Assembly (NCBI GenBank): GCA_003252295.1
Contig: QKEV01000015.1
Coordinates: 24,242 to 88,241, forward strand
Source of the DNA: a bacterium
Lineage (GTDB): Bacteria > Patescibacteriota > Minisyncoccia > Phycocordibacterales > UBA12088
DNA length: 64,000 nucleotides
Direction of reading: 5' to 3'
The notes under the pieces were generated by a model. That model ran no database searches and had not been told where the DNA came from. It was given only the letters and a program-made list of their open reading frames with translations. Of the stretch, positions 9,685 through 19,325 are shown piece after piece; position 1 is the stretch's first letter; each line of letters opens with the position of its first letter. A program made the position numbers and the translations under genes.

Positions 9685-10074
9685 GTGAGTAAAGTAGAAA
9701 AAGAATTTATGTCAGAAAAAGTAGCAACACCTATAGTACCGAGTCTAACAAGACTCTTTCACATGGAAACAGCACAAAGTGCACCATTTAACTATTTGTA
9801 TAATAAGAAGCATAGTGGTGAGTTTATTGTGTGTGTTGAAGACACAGATCAAGCACGAAGCAAGAAAGAGTATGAAGATGATTTTACATACGACGTCGTA
9901 AGGGATGCAGTATGGGAGTATGATGAAGAAGTAGGGAAGGGGGATGTGCTCTGGCTACTGCGTGTTGCACTCTCTGGCAAGGAACGTTCCCCTGGCCCAT
10001 TCTTACTTGCTGAGTCACTTGGAAAAGAGGAAACACTGACATGTATTCAAGGAGCAAGAGTGGTGTATAGCTAG
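9685..10074 (+). CDS. GluRS-like 129-aa mini-protein, possibly a gltX remnant
   Basis: N-terminal part resembles the GluRS catalytic start (…FIVCVEDTDQARS compared with FxLRIEDTDxxRS, with a degenerate HIGH region). The C-terminus (LWLLRVALSGKERSPGPFLLAESLGKEETL) resembles the GluRS anticodon-domain tail. The entire middle is absent. Confidence 0.45.
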   Translation: MSKVEKEFMSEKVATPIVPSLTRLFHMETAQSAPFNYLYNKKHSGEFIVCVEDTDQARSKKEYEDDFTYDVVRDAVWEYDEEVGKGDVLWLLRVALSGKERSPGPFLLAESLGKEETLTCIQGARVVYS

Positions 10075-10084
10075 TTAAAAACAT

Positions 10085-11419
10085 ATGTCGTACGTAGTGT
10101 ACAAAAAAATAGCAACACTCATGACACTATTTTCGTTAGTGTGTGTGCTTGCTCTTGGTACTGCGTTGCAGATTGTTGGTGCAGAAGAGAGTGTCAGTGA
10201 GTTACGTGATAAGATCTCTGAGAGTCAAAAGCAGCTCAAGCTCATTGAGGAAGAAATAAAGAAGTATGAGCAACAGTTGAACGAGGTTGGGGCTGAGAAG
10301 GCAACACTGCAGAGTGCTATTCGTGAACTTGACCTCTCTCGTGAGAAAGTGAAAGCAAACATTCGTGCAACCGAGGAAAAGATATCCTCAACGGATCTAG
10401 AGATTGAAGAGCTTGAACGAGAGATTTACATTAAGGAACTTGAGATAACAAAGAACATGGAGGCAGTTGCTGAGACCTTTAGAAGTGTTGATCAGACTGA
10501 GGGGCAGACGATAATAGAGGTGATACTCGGTCATGACTCTATGGCAGAAGTATGGGATGAGCTTGAAGAGCAGACGCTCTTACAAGACTCACTTCGTCAG
10601 TCAGTGCGTATCCTGAATGCTCTTAAGACTGAGTATGAGAAAGCAAAGAACAAATCACTGGTAAAACGAGGTGAGCTTCAGGAGCTGAATAACGAGTTGA
10701 CCGGTGAGCAGAAATCACTCACCAATACGATATATCAAAAAGATACACTGCTTGATCAAACAAAAAATGAAGAGGCGGAGTATCAGCGTGTTCTTGCAGA
10801 AAAGAAAGCTGCAAAGGAGCGATTTGAAAAAGAGATAAGTGATTACGAAGCAAAGCTCAAGTTTATTTTGGATCCATCAACCATACCAGCTGCAGGTAGC
10901 GGTGTTTTGAAGTGGCCGTTTGAGCCGAGTTACATGGCGGACTGTCCAAGCTACGCTTCAGCGCTTGGTAACCAGTACTGTCTAACACAGTACTTTGGTA
11001 ACACTGCATTTGCGCAGTCTGGAGCATACAATGGACAAGGGCATAATGGTGTAGACTTTAGGGCTCAGATTGGTACAAGGGTGAACGCAGCTCTTGGTGG
11101 TACGGTACAGGAAGTGAACTATATCGCAGCGCAGAACTGTCAGTATGGTAAGTGGGTTCTCATAAAGCACGGCAATGGTCTTACAACACTCTATGGACAC
11201 CTTTCATCAGTGAGTGTTTCCAAGGGACAGTCGGTTAGTACAGGACAGCTTATTGGATACAGCGGTAACACTGGCTACTCAACAGGACCACACCTACACT
11301 TTACGGTATATGCATCAGATGCTGTACAGTTCAAAGACTACACCTGTAACAGTGGTCCAACGGTAAAGGTGCCGGTATCTGCTTATACGGGATACTTGAA
11401 CCCACTTAACTACTTGTAA
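10085..11419 (+). CDS. coiled-coil M23 family metallopeptidase (EnvC-like)
   Basis: Signal/TM, roughly 250 aa of coiled coil, then a C-terminal M23 core GHNGVDFRA…LIKHGNGLTTLYGHLS…GNTGYSTGPHLHFTVY. Confidence 0.8.
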   Translation: MSYVVYKKIATLMTLFSLVCVLALGTALQIVGAEESVSELRDKISESQKQLKLIEEEIKKYEQQLNEVGAEKATLQSAIRELDLSREKVKANIRATEEKISSTDLEIEELEREIYIKELEITKNMEAVAETFRSVDQTEGQTIIEVILGHDSMAEVWDELEEQTLLQDSLRQSVRILNALKTEYEKAKNKSLVKRGELQELNNELTGEQKSLTNTIYQKDTLLDQTKNEEAEYQRVLAEKKAAKERFEKEISDYEAKLKFILDPSTIPAAGSGVLKWPFEPSYMADCPSYASALGNQYCLTQYFGNTAFAQSGAYNGQGHNGVDFRAQIGTRVNAALGGTVQEVNYIAAQNCQYGKWVLIKHGNGLTTLYGHLSSVSVSKGQSVSTGQLIGYSGNTGYSTGPHLHFTVYASDAVQFKDYTCNSGPTVKVPVSAYTGYLNPLNYL

Positions 11420-11443
11420 AAAACTTTTATAAGAGTAACGTAA

Positions 11444-11722
11444 TTGTATATGGATAAGGAACAAAAAAACTCACACCAAAATGAGGTGAAGAAAGAAATA
11501 CAAATACAAGTGCCACGTGACATGAAGCCAATGTATGCAAATAGCGTAAAAATAAATGTCACTGATGAAGAAGTGATGTTGCAGTTTGCATACCTTCGTC
11601 CTGATCAAGGTACTGGTGTCTTGGTTGGCGATATGGTGCTTTCGCCAAAGCATGCCATGCGTTTTCAGAAGGCACTTGATGAGACCTTAAAGAAACACTT
11701 TACCAGGCATCTACCTGAATAG
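11444..11722 (+). CDS. DUF3467 family small protein
   Basis: …IQVPRDMKPMYANSVKINVTDEEVMLQFAYLRP…LSPKHAMRFQKALDE matches the DUF3467 pattern known to me. Confidence 0.65.
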   Translation: MYMDKEQKNSHQNEVKKEIQIQVPRDMKPMYANSVKINVTDEEVMLQFAYLRPDQGTGVLVGDMVLSPKHAMRFQKALDETLKKHFTRHLPE

Positions 11723-11750
11723 TCTAAGGTGAACGTACGTACACATAAAG

Positions 11751-11786
11751 ATGAGCAGTGTCATATGTACTCTGCTCATTTTTTTA
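11751..11786 (+). terminator. rho-independent terminator
   Basis: ATGAGCAG…CTGCTCAT hairpin followed by TTTTTTT. Confidence 0.75.
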
Positions 11787-12116
11787 ATGATAAAAAATAG
11801 TTACTAAATATTGTGCGACATTAAAACAGGGGATTAAAAGGGTAGAGCAGAGTAAAACGGAGTAGTGCACTACCTCTAAGGTATGGTGTGGACCTGTTAG
11901 AGGTGTGTCATAGACTGGTGGTGTGATACATGTATGTAGACGTATAAAATATTTTTAAAAAAAGTGATCAAAAATTTCAGTAAAATAATTTTGTATGATT
12001 TTTGTACTGTGGATAACTACAGCACGCTTAGACGAGATATTTGGCTGTATTGTCCACTTTAATTCGTTTTACATATATTGTGCGAACCAATGTATATGCT
12101 ACAATAGCACTACCCT

Positions 12117-13088
12117 ATGAAGATTCATCGTAGTTCAGAGCCAATAATTGAGCACATTATTCCTTTTCTTGACTACTGTGAGGTTGAGAAAGGTCTCTCA
12201 CAAAATACGCAGAAGAATTATCACCAGTACCTCCAACTTTTTACAAAGTGGCTTAGAGAGACTGGTAATGACTCCCTACTCCCCCACCAACTTGAGGGTA
12301 GTCATATTTGGGACTATCGACTATACCTCGCTCGTAAGTATAAGACGTCGAGGGGCGACTATCTTACAAAGAAATCTCAAAACTACTACCTCATTGCTCT
12401 TCGCGCATTACTAACCTACCTCACTGATCGTGACATCGAGACACTACCTCCATCAAAGGTGAAGTTGGCAAAGCAAAAGACTGAGGAGACGATTTCTTTT
12501 CTTGAGGTACGCGACATCGAGAAGATGCTTGCGATACCTGATACAACGACGTCGGTAGGTCTTCGCAATAGAGCTATCATGGAACTGTTCTTCTCGTCTG
12601 GTATGCGTATTTCTGAGCTCGTAGCACTCGATGTGGACCAGGTATCGTTTCTTGGTGATGGTAGTACCACGAGGACCTATGAGCTCTCCATTGTTGGTAA
12701 AGGAAGTCATGTGCGAACTATTTTTATCTCACCTCGTGCTGCTGAGTGGTTGCGTACCTACATCAAGAAAGAACGTCACGATGTACACAGGCCGCTCTTT
12801 ATTAACTTCCGTTCGAACTCAAAGAGTAGACGCCTTACTGCTCGTTCTATACAGAAGATGATCTCTCGCTATGCAATACTGGCTGGGCTCTCAAAGAAAG
12901 TGACGCCACACACCTTGCGACATACCTATGCTACTGACCTACTCTCCCACGGAGCGGACCTGAGGAGCGTACAAGAGCTTTTAGGTCACAAGAATGTCTC
13001 TACTACACAGATTTACACACATGTCACCAACAAACGTCTACGTGACATACATGAAAAGTTCCATGGTGGCAGTGATATGGAGCAGTAA
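12117..13088 (+). CDS. tyrosine site-specific recombinase, XerC/XerD family
   Basis: N-terminal SAM-like domain (…FLDYCEVEKGLSQNTQKNY…) and catalytic R…HxxR…Y motifs (GMRISEL…HTLRHTYATDLL…LGHKNVSTTQIYTHV). Confidence 0.85.
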   Translation: MKIHRSSEPIIEHIIPFLDYCEVEKGLSQNTQKNYHQYLQLFTKWLRETGNDSLLPHQLEGSHIWDYRLYLARKYKTSRGDYLTKKSQNYYLIALRALLTYLTDRDIETLPPSKVKLAKQKTEETISFLEVRDIEKMLAIPDTTTSVGLRNRAIMELFFSSGMRISELVALDVDQVSFLGDGSTTRTYELSIVGKGSHVRTIFISPRAAEWLRTYIKKERHDVHRPLFINFRSNSKSRRLTARSIQKMISRYAILAGLSKKVTPHTLRHTYATDLLSHGADLRSVQELLGHKNVSTTQIYTHVTNKRLRDIHEKFHGGSDMEQ

Positions 13089-13181
13089 TGCTTGAATCCC
13101 CTACTGTTGTTACTAAAACAAATCAACCCCGGGCTGCATGTATGTAGCGCGGGGTTGTATAAAATTTCCTTCTCGTTGCAC

Positions 13182-13958
13182 CTACCAACAGGAGGAGTTT
13201 GTGAGAGTTTTATCAATACATGTAGTAACCATGCTCACATTGATCTCAGAGCGACGATACTCATGGTCTACTTTTGGTATTACTTGGAATATGAAATTCT
13301 TATTTTGCTGATCACAGTACTTTTGTATATCTTCAGGGGTGCAGGTACTGTCATGCTCTCCTGCAAAGACAAATACCGGAACCTGCACTATGTGTGATTC
13401 AAGCAGTATGTCATATCGTGAGAAGTCGAGTGCATATGTGTATGGTACTAAGTACTCTAAACTGTACGTTGGGTTGTTAGGTAGATCTCTATTTGAGACC
13501 TTTACACCCTTTTTCTTCCAAAGAGAAAGGGTGTGCTCTGTCATTGCTCTTTTTACGGAGGGCATGATAGCGATCACTGCTTGTGCCATTCCATATCGTG
13601 CGGCAAAGAGTATTGCACAAGTTCCGCCAAGTGAATGTCCGCCTACGACAAGGTGGGAATACACTCCCCTTGTTTTCATGTACTCAATAATGGAATTGAA
13701 GTCCTGAAGTGTTTGTGTTATTGAGTAGTTATCGATTCTGCCATCACTGCTCCATGTGCCTGTTGGGTCAAATGTGACCACAGTATACTCGTGCTTTCGG
13801 GATATGAGTTCAGCTATTCGTGTGAGTCCCAGGTAGTCTTTTGAGTCAAGGAATCCCGGACAGAGCACCAGTAGCTTGTTCGAGTTTCGCTCTGCAAAGT
13901 AAATCGTAATCCCAATGGTACCGCTGGTTCCAGGAATAGTCTGCTGTTTAATATCCAT
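13182..13958 (-). CDS. alpha/beta-fold hydrolase
   Basis: GHSLGG nucleophile elbow, with downstream D and H residues. Confidence 0.7.
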   Translation of the reverse strand: MDIKQQTIPGTSGTIGITIYFAERNSNKLLVLCPGFLDSKDYLGLTRIAELISRKHEYTVVTFDPTGTWSSDGRIDNYSITQTLQDFNSIIEYMKTRGVYSHLVVGGHSLGGTCAILFAARYGMAQAVIAIMPSVKRAMTEHTLSLWKKKGVKVSNRDLPNNPTYSLEYLVPYTYALDFSRYDILLESHIVQVPVFVFAGEHDSTCTPEDIQKYCDQQNKNFIFQVIPKVDHEYRRSEINVSMVTTCIDKTLTNSSCW

Positions 13959-14115
13959 TATCTCCCCCTTTTTTCTCTGAAGTTAAGAATTTTACTTTTT
14001 ATTATTGAACTAACCATTTATTACAATACAATATTATGTAATTTTGTCTAGTAATACAGTGCCATGATGCACAACAATCCGCCTAAGTAAAACATAGGCG
14101 GATGTTTGTGTAGTG

Positions 14116-14631
14116 CTACGTCGCACTGAGCCGTTTCTGAGATATGATAGTTTTCAGACGGATAAGCGATTGGTCAAACAACTTCTTGTACACTGGTGTC
14201 TTCTCTGTACTCTCAATAAATACAAACTTTGTGTCACCTAATATCAGAAGTTTTTCCAGGGCAATAGATACTTTTCGTTTTTGACCTCTCTTTCCAATAA
14301 ATACCACTTTGCCAGGTACTACATTTCCCCTTTCAAAGTAAGCTTCGCATTGGGACAGGTACCCTTCTAGTGTTGCAGAGTTTTGCTCGAGTACAATTTC
14401 TGCACATGCACCTTCTTGAAAAAGTAACTGGCAGGTGAGATCAGCTGCTGTTCCCGCAAGAGTGTTTCCAGAAACATCTTCTTTCTGCCCATTGAAGACA
14501 ATGTACTTTGTCTCTGCTTCGCTTTTCAGTACCTCCTGTACCGCTAACTTACATCGTTCAATGTGGTCCGCTGTAAGTTTGTTTGAAACGAACGTGTCAC
14601 CATACACAATCACTGCAAGTATCTCTTCCAT
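14116..14631 (-). CDS. DUF218/YdcF-like protein
   Basis: ILAVIVYGD…YIVFNGQ pattern resembles DUF218. This is a weak call. Confidence 0.35.
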   Translation of the reverse strand: MEEILAVIVYGDTFVSNKLTADHIERCKLAVQEVLKSEAETKYIVFNGQKEDVSGNTLAGTAADLTCQLLFQEGACAEIVLEQNSATLEGYLSQCEAYFERGNVVPGKVVFIGKRGQKRKVSIALEKLLILGDTKFVFIESTEKTPVYKKLFDQSLIRLKTIISQKRLSAT

Positions 14632-14701
14632 AGCACACCTCCCCTTTAGAGTGAAAACTATTTACTAGTTTTATAGTAAGACAGTGTTGCTGTTTGTCAA
14701 T

Positions 14702-14722
14702 GCTAGCTATAGGATAGCTAGC
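14702..14722. promoter_or_regulatory. 9-bp-arm palindrome GCTAGCTAT-AGG-ATAGCTAGC between the NUDIX gene and the DUF218 gene
   Basis: Perfect inverted repeat. On the minus strand it is followed by TTGACA…ACTATA/TATAAA promoter-like hexamers 5' of the gene starting at 14631. Confidence 0.4.
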
Positions 14723-15206
14723 TGTTTGTTGTCACCTCAGCACAGCGTACGAGTGAAAAGGTGTTTTCGACAATCCCTCCGTCTTTGCCAAAGAAAAAGG
14801 TTCCCTCAAAGCACTTCCCTTTGAGGAGTTCAGGAAGCCAGTAGATATCATCTGGCCACATGTCGTCATACGGTATGTCATCAACCTTGTACCAAACTGG
14901 TCGCATCTCTTCTGACTCTGTTGGCGTACCGGTGTAGTCTCTGGTGCCAAAAATATGCACCTCGAGGATCTCATCTGGTTTTTCGAGGAACCGAAACTCG
15001 AGTACACCGTGAGCCTTGAGGTTGGCAACAGTAACACCTGCCTCTTCCTCTGTCTCACGTATGGTTGCTTCTTCTATGGTTTCGCCCTCCTCTACCTTGC
15101 CTCCAAAGCCGTTCCATTTTCCCTCTCCGAAGCCACGCTTCTTCATGCCGAGGAGTACTCTATTCTTCTGGTGGAGTATGCATAGTGTGAGCACCCTCTT
15201 TTCCAT
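14718..15206 (-). CDS. NUDIX hydrolase, MTH1/NUDT1-like (oxidized-dNTP pyrophosphatase-like)
   Basis: Nudix box GFGGKVEEGETIEEATIRETEEEAGV. Long collinear similarity to human MTH1 (LLGMKKRGFG.G.WNGFGGKV…EMRP.W…DIPY.DMWPDD.YW.P.LL.K). Confidence 0.8.
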   Translation of the reverse strand: MEKRVLTLCILHQKNRVLLGMKKRGFGEGKWNGFGGKVEEGETIEEATIRETEEEAGVTVANLKAHGVLEFRFLEKPDEILEVHIFGTRDYTGTPTESEEMRPVWYKVDDIPYDDMWPDDIYWLPELLKGKCFEGTFFFGKDGGIVENTFSLVRCAEVTTNS

Positions 15207-15290
15207 ATATACAATGTAGCATTATTTATAAATACAACAAAGGTCTTATCAGTTGTACTGATAAGACCTTTTATTATCTGAAGTAGATAG

Positions 15291-15476
15291 TTATATATTT
15301 TCCCACCAAGGCATAAGGAGAGCTGCAGCACCAGTAAGCGGTAATACTATAGGACCGGAGATGATTCGTACAGGAAGTGATGCATTGGTCCAGAGGGGCC
15401 ATGCGTGATGTGCGGTGATACAAACCGGTACCACAACAACACCTGTCATAAATTTAAATATGATACTCCAGTTCAT
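15291..15476 (-). CDS. small membrane protein (61 aa), hypothetical
   Basis: Two hydrophobic segments. A bidirectional terminator hairpin (15238-15275, 11-bp arms plus T-run) lies just downstream. Confidence 0.3.
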   Translation of the reverse strand: MNWSIIFKFMTGVVVVPVCITAHHAWPLWTNASLPVRIISGPIVLPLTGAAALLMPWWENI

Positions 15477-15580
15477 ACTCGTTTAATGGATAACTAAAAA
15501 AGCACTCTTACGAGTGCTTTTTTAGGGGCTTCCAGCTAACCACTAAAAATACAATCGTGTATCTCTAGTATAGGATGCTT

Positions 15581-16030
15581 TTAGCGCATTGCAAGTAGGT
15601 TGTCGTTCCAACAAGCGCTCGATGCGCTCCATGGTTGCGTTCCCTCTTTTTCGTAAAGGTATCGAGCGTACGCGAGGTTGTCCTCTAGGTTCGTAAGCTC
15701 AAGTCCCATGTTTTCTGCCGTTTGCTCGTGGTAGTACTCATTGATCTGCATAACGCCGACATCTAATGGGTTTACTCTTCCACGAGTTACCAAGCCAGTA
15801 GTAGGATCAATGTGAGTAAAATGTGATTCACATCGAGCTACTTCTGCCATGATCGGTATATCTTCAAAATATGAACGTACTTCTTCTTCTACTGTGAGGT
15901 CTGAGTTAGCAAGTGCTATCCCCTTAACCTTTAGTATTTCTCCTTGTGCTGCGACTGTTTGAGTCTGCACATCAGTGTTTAATTCTATCGCAACAGTTGG
16001 TACCGTTAGAAAGGTTGAAGCTGCTGCCAC
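15581..16030 (-). CDS. lytic transglycosylase (SLT)-like domain protein, secreted
   Basis: AEVARCESHFTH…GVMQINEYYH resembles the SLT catalytic E-S…GLMQI motif. The listed start is GTG; an upstream in-frame signal-peptide-like stretch (IKIRLILGTIIAYGVAAAS) has no ATG, so the true start is uncertain. Confidence 0.45.
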   Translation of the reverse strand: MAAASTFLTVPTVAIELNTDVQTQTVAAQGEILKVKGIALANSDLTVEEEVRSYFEDIPIMAEVARCESHFTHIDPTTGLVTRGRVNPLDVGVMQINEYYHEQTAENMGLELTNLEDNLAYARYLYEKEGTQPWSASSACWNDNLLAMR

Positions 16031-16178
16031 TCCGTAAGCGATAATCGTGCCTAAAATAAGCCGTATCTTAATGGTAAGGACCCTGACGTATCAGGACCGC
16101 TTCAAATACTGTACACACGTTTTTTACCGAAAATAAAAAACTGCAGGTGTACTGCAGAAGCAGACACATTATAGCATT

Positions 16179-16203
16179 TTAACCCTTGACAGTCAAGGGT
16201 TAA
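16179..16203 (-). terminator. terminator hairpin for the minus-strand glucokinase/pgi operon
   Basis: TTAACCCTTGAC-A-GTCAAGGGTTAA perfect palindrome. A second hairpin, CTGCAGGTGTACTGCAG, flanked by an A/T-run sits at 16131-16157. Confidence 0.6.
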
Positions 16204-16262
16204 ATGTGGTGTAATGTTAGAAAATGAAGCGAAAAAAAAGCAAATAAATAGGTTTTAAGCCA

Positions 16263-17111
16263 TTATTTGTCTTTACGGATTTGCTGATTAACGTATACCA
16301 TGGCGCCGTAAAGTCCACCCATGTCCTCAAGTTTTGCTTTTTTTACAGCTGGTTTATCAGGATAAATACAGAGGATGTCATCGAGGTGTTCAGCTATCCT
16401 ATCTACCGGTATTGCAGGGTCACCTACTATCATAGAACCACCAAGAACAACTGAATTTGGTGCCCAATGTACGATAGTGTTGTTGAGCATGAAGGCGAGC
16501 CAACGAGAAAGTTGCTCCCAAACCTCTGGTTCCATCACCTCGTATGCTTTTTTATGAAAACGGTGCTCAGTTGCGGTTCCAGAAAGATAGTCTTGTGCGA
16601 CAACTGAATAGCACTCAGGACATGCAGACTTGTCAAAATCAATGATCTGGTGTCCTGGTTCAAAGTTATGGACACCCTTATCAAGATGTCCGTCAACTAT
16701 TCGTGTACCACCTACTCCTGTTGAGACAGTAATATAGGCCATTATTTTATCACCCTTCCCTGCACCATGATGCGCCTCGCCAAGTCCGACAATAGCAGTA
16801 TCATTGCGCATGTATACTGGGCATCCAAGTTTTGTACTCAGGTCCTGTACGAGTGGTTTCCCAGCCCAGTCTGGAAGATTTGGTGAGTTAATGAGCATGG
16901 TGTGTTCACTATCAACCGGACCGGCCACACCACCTCCTGCAGCTTCTATTGGTGTACCATCAGCGAGTTCCAAAATCTTTTCTGTAACAAGCGCTATACC
17001 TTCGTTATAGTCTTTTGGTGTGTCGAACTTAACAGGATCATCAAAACTGTTGCCATCGAGTGATATGACGACACGTGATTTTGTTCCTCCAATATCAAAA
17101 TATGCAAACAT
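16263..17111 (-). CDS. ROK-family sugar kinase (glucokinase-like)
   Basis: MFAYFDIGGTKSR… N-terminal ATPase motif, GLGEAHHGAG, and a Cys/His zinc motif (CPECYSV…H). Confidence 0.8.
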   Translation of the reverse strand: MFAYFDIGGTKSRVVISLDGNSFDDPVKFDTPKDYNEGIALVTEKILELADGTPIEAAGGGVAGPVDSEHTMLINSPNLPDWAGKPLVQDLSTKLGCPVYMRNDTAIVGLGEAHHGAGKGDKIMAYITVSTGVGGTRIVDGHLDKGVHNFEPGHQIIDFDKSACPECYSVVAQDYLSGTATEHRFHKKAYEVMEPEVWEQLSRWLAFMLNNTIVHWAPNSVVLGGSMIVGDPAIPVDRIAEHLDDILCIYPDKPAVKKAKLEDMGGLYGAMVYVNQQIRKDK

Positions 17112-17116
17112 ACATG

Positions 17117-18415
17117 TTATTTATCGAGTAATCTACGGACCTCTTTTTTATACATTTCAACTGCTGGTTGATCAAAAGCATTTACATCAAATATTTGAGC
17201 AAGGTACATGATAGCTACCATGTGTAGTGCCATGAATGCTCCAAGTTCACGCTCATTTATCTCAGCTAGTTCGATCGAAATGTATGGCAAACCATGGTTT
17301 TCGTATGTTTTTTGTACGCCACGTAGTATAGCGGTCATAACATCACCATCTTGCTTTTCTTCAAGTACTTCAAGCATGAAAGGTGAATCTTTTATGAATG
17401 ACCCACCTTTTTTATTCCAGACACTTGGAGCACTTACAAAGGTAGTAAAGCGATCATTGTGTCCTCCAAACACGAGTTGTCCAACTGAATGTAGGTCTAT
17501 AGAACCGATCTCAACTGTGGGTGTAAAGCCAATCTTGGTACCATCTTTACGCTCCTTACCAATAGATTCGGCAAGTAGTTGGCGGTACCACTTTCCAAGT
17601 GTCTCAAGTTCAGGGTGCCATATGAAGAGTTCGTGTACACGTGAACCTTGCAAGTATGCCTCAAATAGGTACGCTGCTATAACAGCAGCACTGGAAGCTT
17701 TTTCGGGTGCAACAGATGCACTTATGGCACGTTGTGCGCCAAGCATGAATGCTTTTGTGTCAAAGCCAAGTAGAGCGAGTGGTACAAGGCCGACAGCAGT
17801 AAAGACTGAAAAGCGTCCACTAACCATACTTGGGAAGCTGATGACTGATATGTTTTTTTCTGTTGCTGACCTTGCCAGTGGACTTTCTGCATCGGTGATA
17901 ACAATGGTCTGTTCACTAGCTTCTTTGGTGCCATAATGTTGCACCAATATCTCATAGAGTATATTTGCGTTTGCAATGGTTTCGGTTGTGTTTCCTGATT
18001 TACTTATCACAACGAGAGCAATCTCTTTTGGATTCTTGTGTGAGGTGACAACCTCGTTTAAGGCAGCTAGCAGTTTTGGTTCGATAGTATTTGCGGTGAT
18101 GAGTCTTGGTGTTGCCTCACTTGTAATGTCATGATGACCACGAAGTGCATCATATACTGCACGGGTACCCATATCACTTCCACCAATACCAACAAGGAGT
18201 ACTGTTTTTACATCAGATCCAAATCTCTTCAACTCCTCCAGTACCTCGTCGTGCCTTTTGGTGTCAAAAGGAATTCTGAGGGATGCTTCAGGATTTGAGT
18301 AGGTCTCGTCAAGAATGACTTGCTCAAGGTGTTTTTTGTAGGTTTTAAGCATCTGCAGGTGTGCGAGCACCATGTTCTCTGAAGCTTTATCTGCATGTTG
18401 TGTATGTATTTCCAT
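17117..18415 (-). CDS. pgi: glucose-6-phosphate isomerase
   Basis: GIGGSDMG, SKSGNTTET and GGRFSV motifs of the PGI family. Confidence 0.9.
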   Translation of the reverse strand: MEIHTQHADKASENMVLAHLQMLKTYKKHLEQVILDETYSNPEASLRIPFDTKRHDEVLEELKRFGSDVKTVLLVGIGGSDMGTRAVYDALRGHHDITSEATPRLITANTIEPKLLAALNEVVTSHKNPKEIALVVISKSGNTTETIANANILYEILVQHYGTKEASEQTIVITDAESPLARSATEKNISVISFPSMVSGRFSVFTAVGLVPLALLGFDTKAFMLGAQRAISASVAPEKASSAAVIAAYLFEAYLQGSRVHELFIWHPELETLGKWYRQLLAESIGKERKDGTKIGFTPTVEIGSIDLHSVGQLVFGGHNDRFTTFVSAPSVWNKKGGSFIKDSPFMLEVLEEKQDGDVMTAILRGVQKTYENHGLPYISIELAEINERELGAFMALHMVAIMYLAQIFDVNAFDQPAVEMYKKEVRRLLDK

Positions 18416-18428
18416 ACTATACTATCTA

Positions 18429-19199
18429 TTACTTTTCGGTTACCTTGTCTGTATCTTCGTTGTTCCCATTACCGTCAAGTTCTTTTATGAGCTTGTATGC
18501 TTCGTCAGCAGAATCAACAATATGGAAGAGCGCTATATCGTCTTTCCCGATAGTTTTGTGCTCTTCATAGAGTGTGTGTGTAAACCAGTCAATGAGTGGC
18601 TGCCAATACCCTTTTCCGAGGAGAATAATAGGCACTTTAGTTATTTTCCCTGTTTGAATAAGTGTTACCAGTTCAAAGAACTCATCGAGTGTACCAAAGC
18701 CACCTGGGAAGTAGATGTATACTTCGCTAGCAAATGAAAGCATCACCTTTCTTGTAAAGAAGAAGGTAAAAGTTTCAGAATCAGTAACATAGCTGTTGAG
18801 TCTTTGCTCATGTGGCAGCTTAATGTTCAAGCCGACTGAGTGAGCCCCTGCTTCATATGCTCCCTTGTTTGCGGCTCCCATAATACCACCACCACCTCCA
18901 GTAATAATCGTAAAACCATCCTTACCAAGTAGGTAGCCAAGTTTTTGTGACTCTTGGTACCAGTGACTGTCAGGTAGTGAACGTGCTGAACCAAATACGG
19001 TTGCTGCAAGCTTGTATTTTCGTAAAAGGTCAAAACCTGAGACGAACTCAGCCATTATTCTAAAAATTCTCCATGATGTAGCAGATACATCCTCTTCCCC
19101 TTGCTGAAGAAGCTCATGCTCCGGTGAGCGTAGTTTTGTATTTTTTGGATCCATGTAGGTAGAGTATAGCATGGTGTACTGGGTCATTTTTTTCTCCAC
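18429..19199 (-). CDS. LOG-family protein (cytokinin riboside 5'-monophosphate phosphoribohydrolase-like, TIGR00730)
   Basis: TGGGGGIMGAANKGA…PGGFGTLDEFFE signature. Confidence 0.8.
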   Translation of the reverse strand: MEKKMTQYTMLYSTYMDPKNTKLRSPEHELLQQGEEDVSATSWRIFRIMAEFVSGFDLLRKYKLAATVFGSARSLPDSHWYQESQKLGYLLGKDGFTIITGGGGGIMGAANKGAYEAGAHSVGLNIKLPHEQRLNSYVTDSETFTFFFTRKVMLSFASEVYIYFPGGFGTLDEFFELVTLIQTGKITKVPIILLGKGYWQPLIDWFTHTLYEEHKTIGKDDIALFHIVDSADEAYKLIKELDGNGNNEDTDKVTEK

Positions 19200-19325
19200 G
19201 TGTGAGTAATGAGTGCAAAAGCGATGTATTGACAGTATGTATGTATATGTTGTATAAAATTAAGCAGGAAATAGTTTCGACTTTATTAGACAAGACAACA
19301 TTACCTATTACAGGAGGAGAAACAA

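Noticed and set aside
11723-12116. 394-bp non-coding gap before the Xer recombinase, as an ncRNA or dif site
   Set aside because: Contains a clear terminator and promoter-like hexamers. No match to a dif-like 28-mer or to SRP, RNase P or tmRNA cores by eye. Left unassigned.
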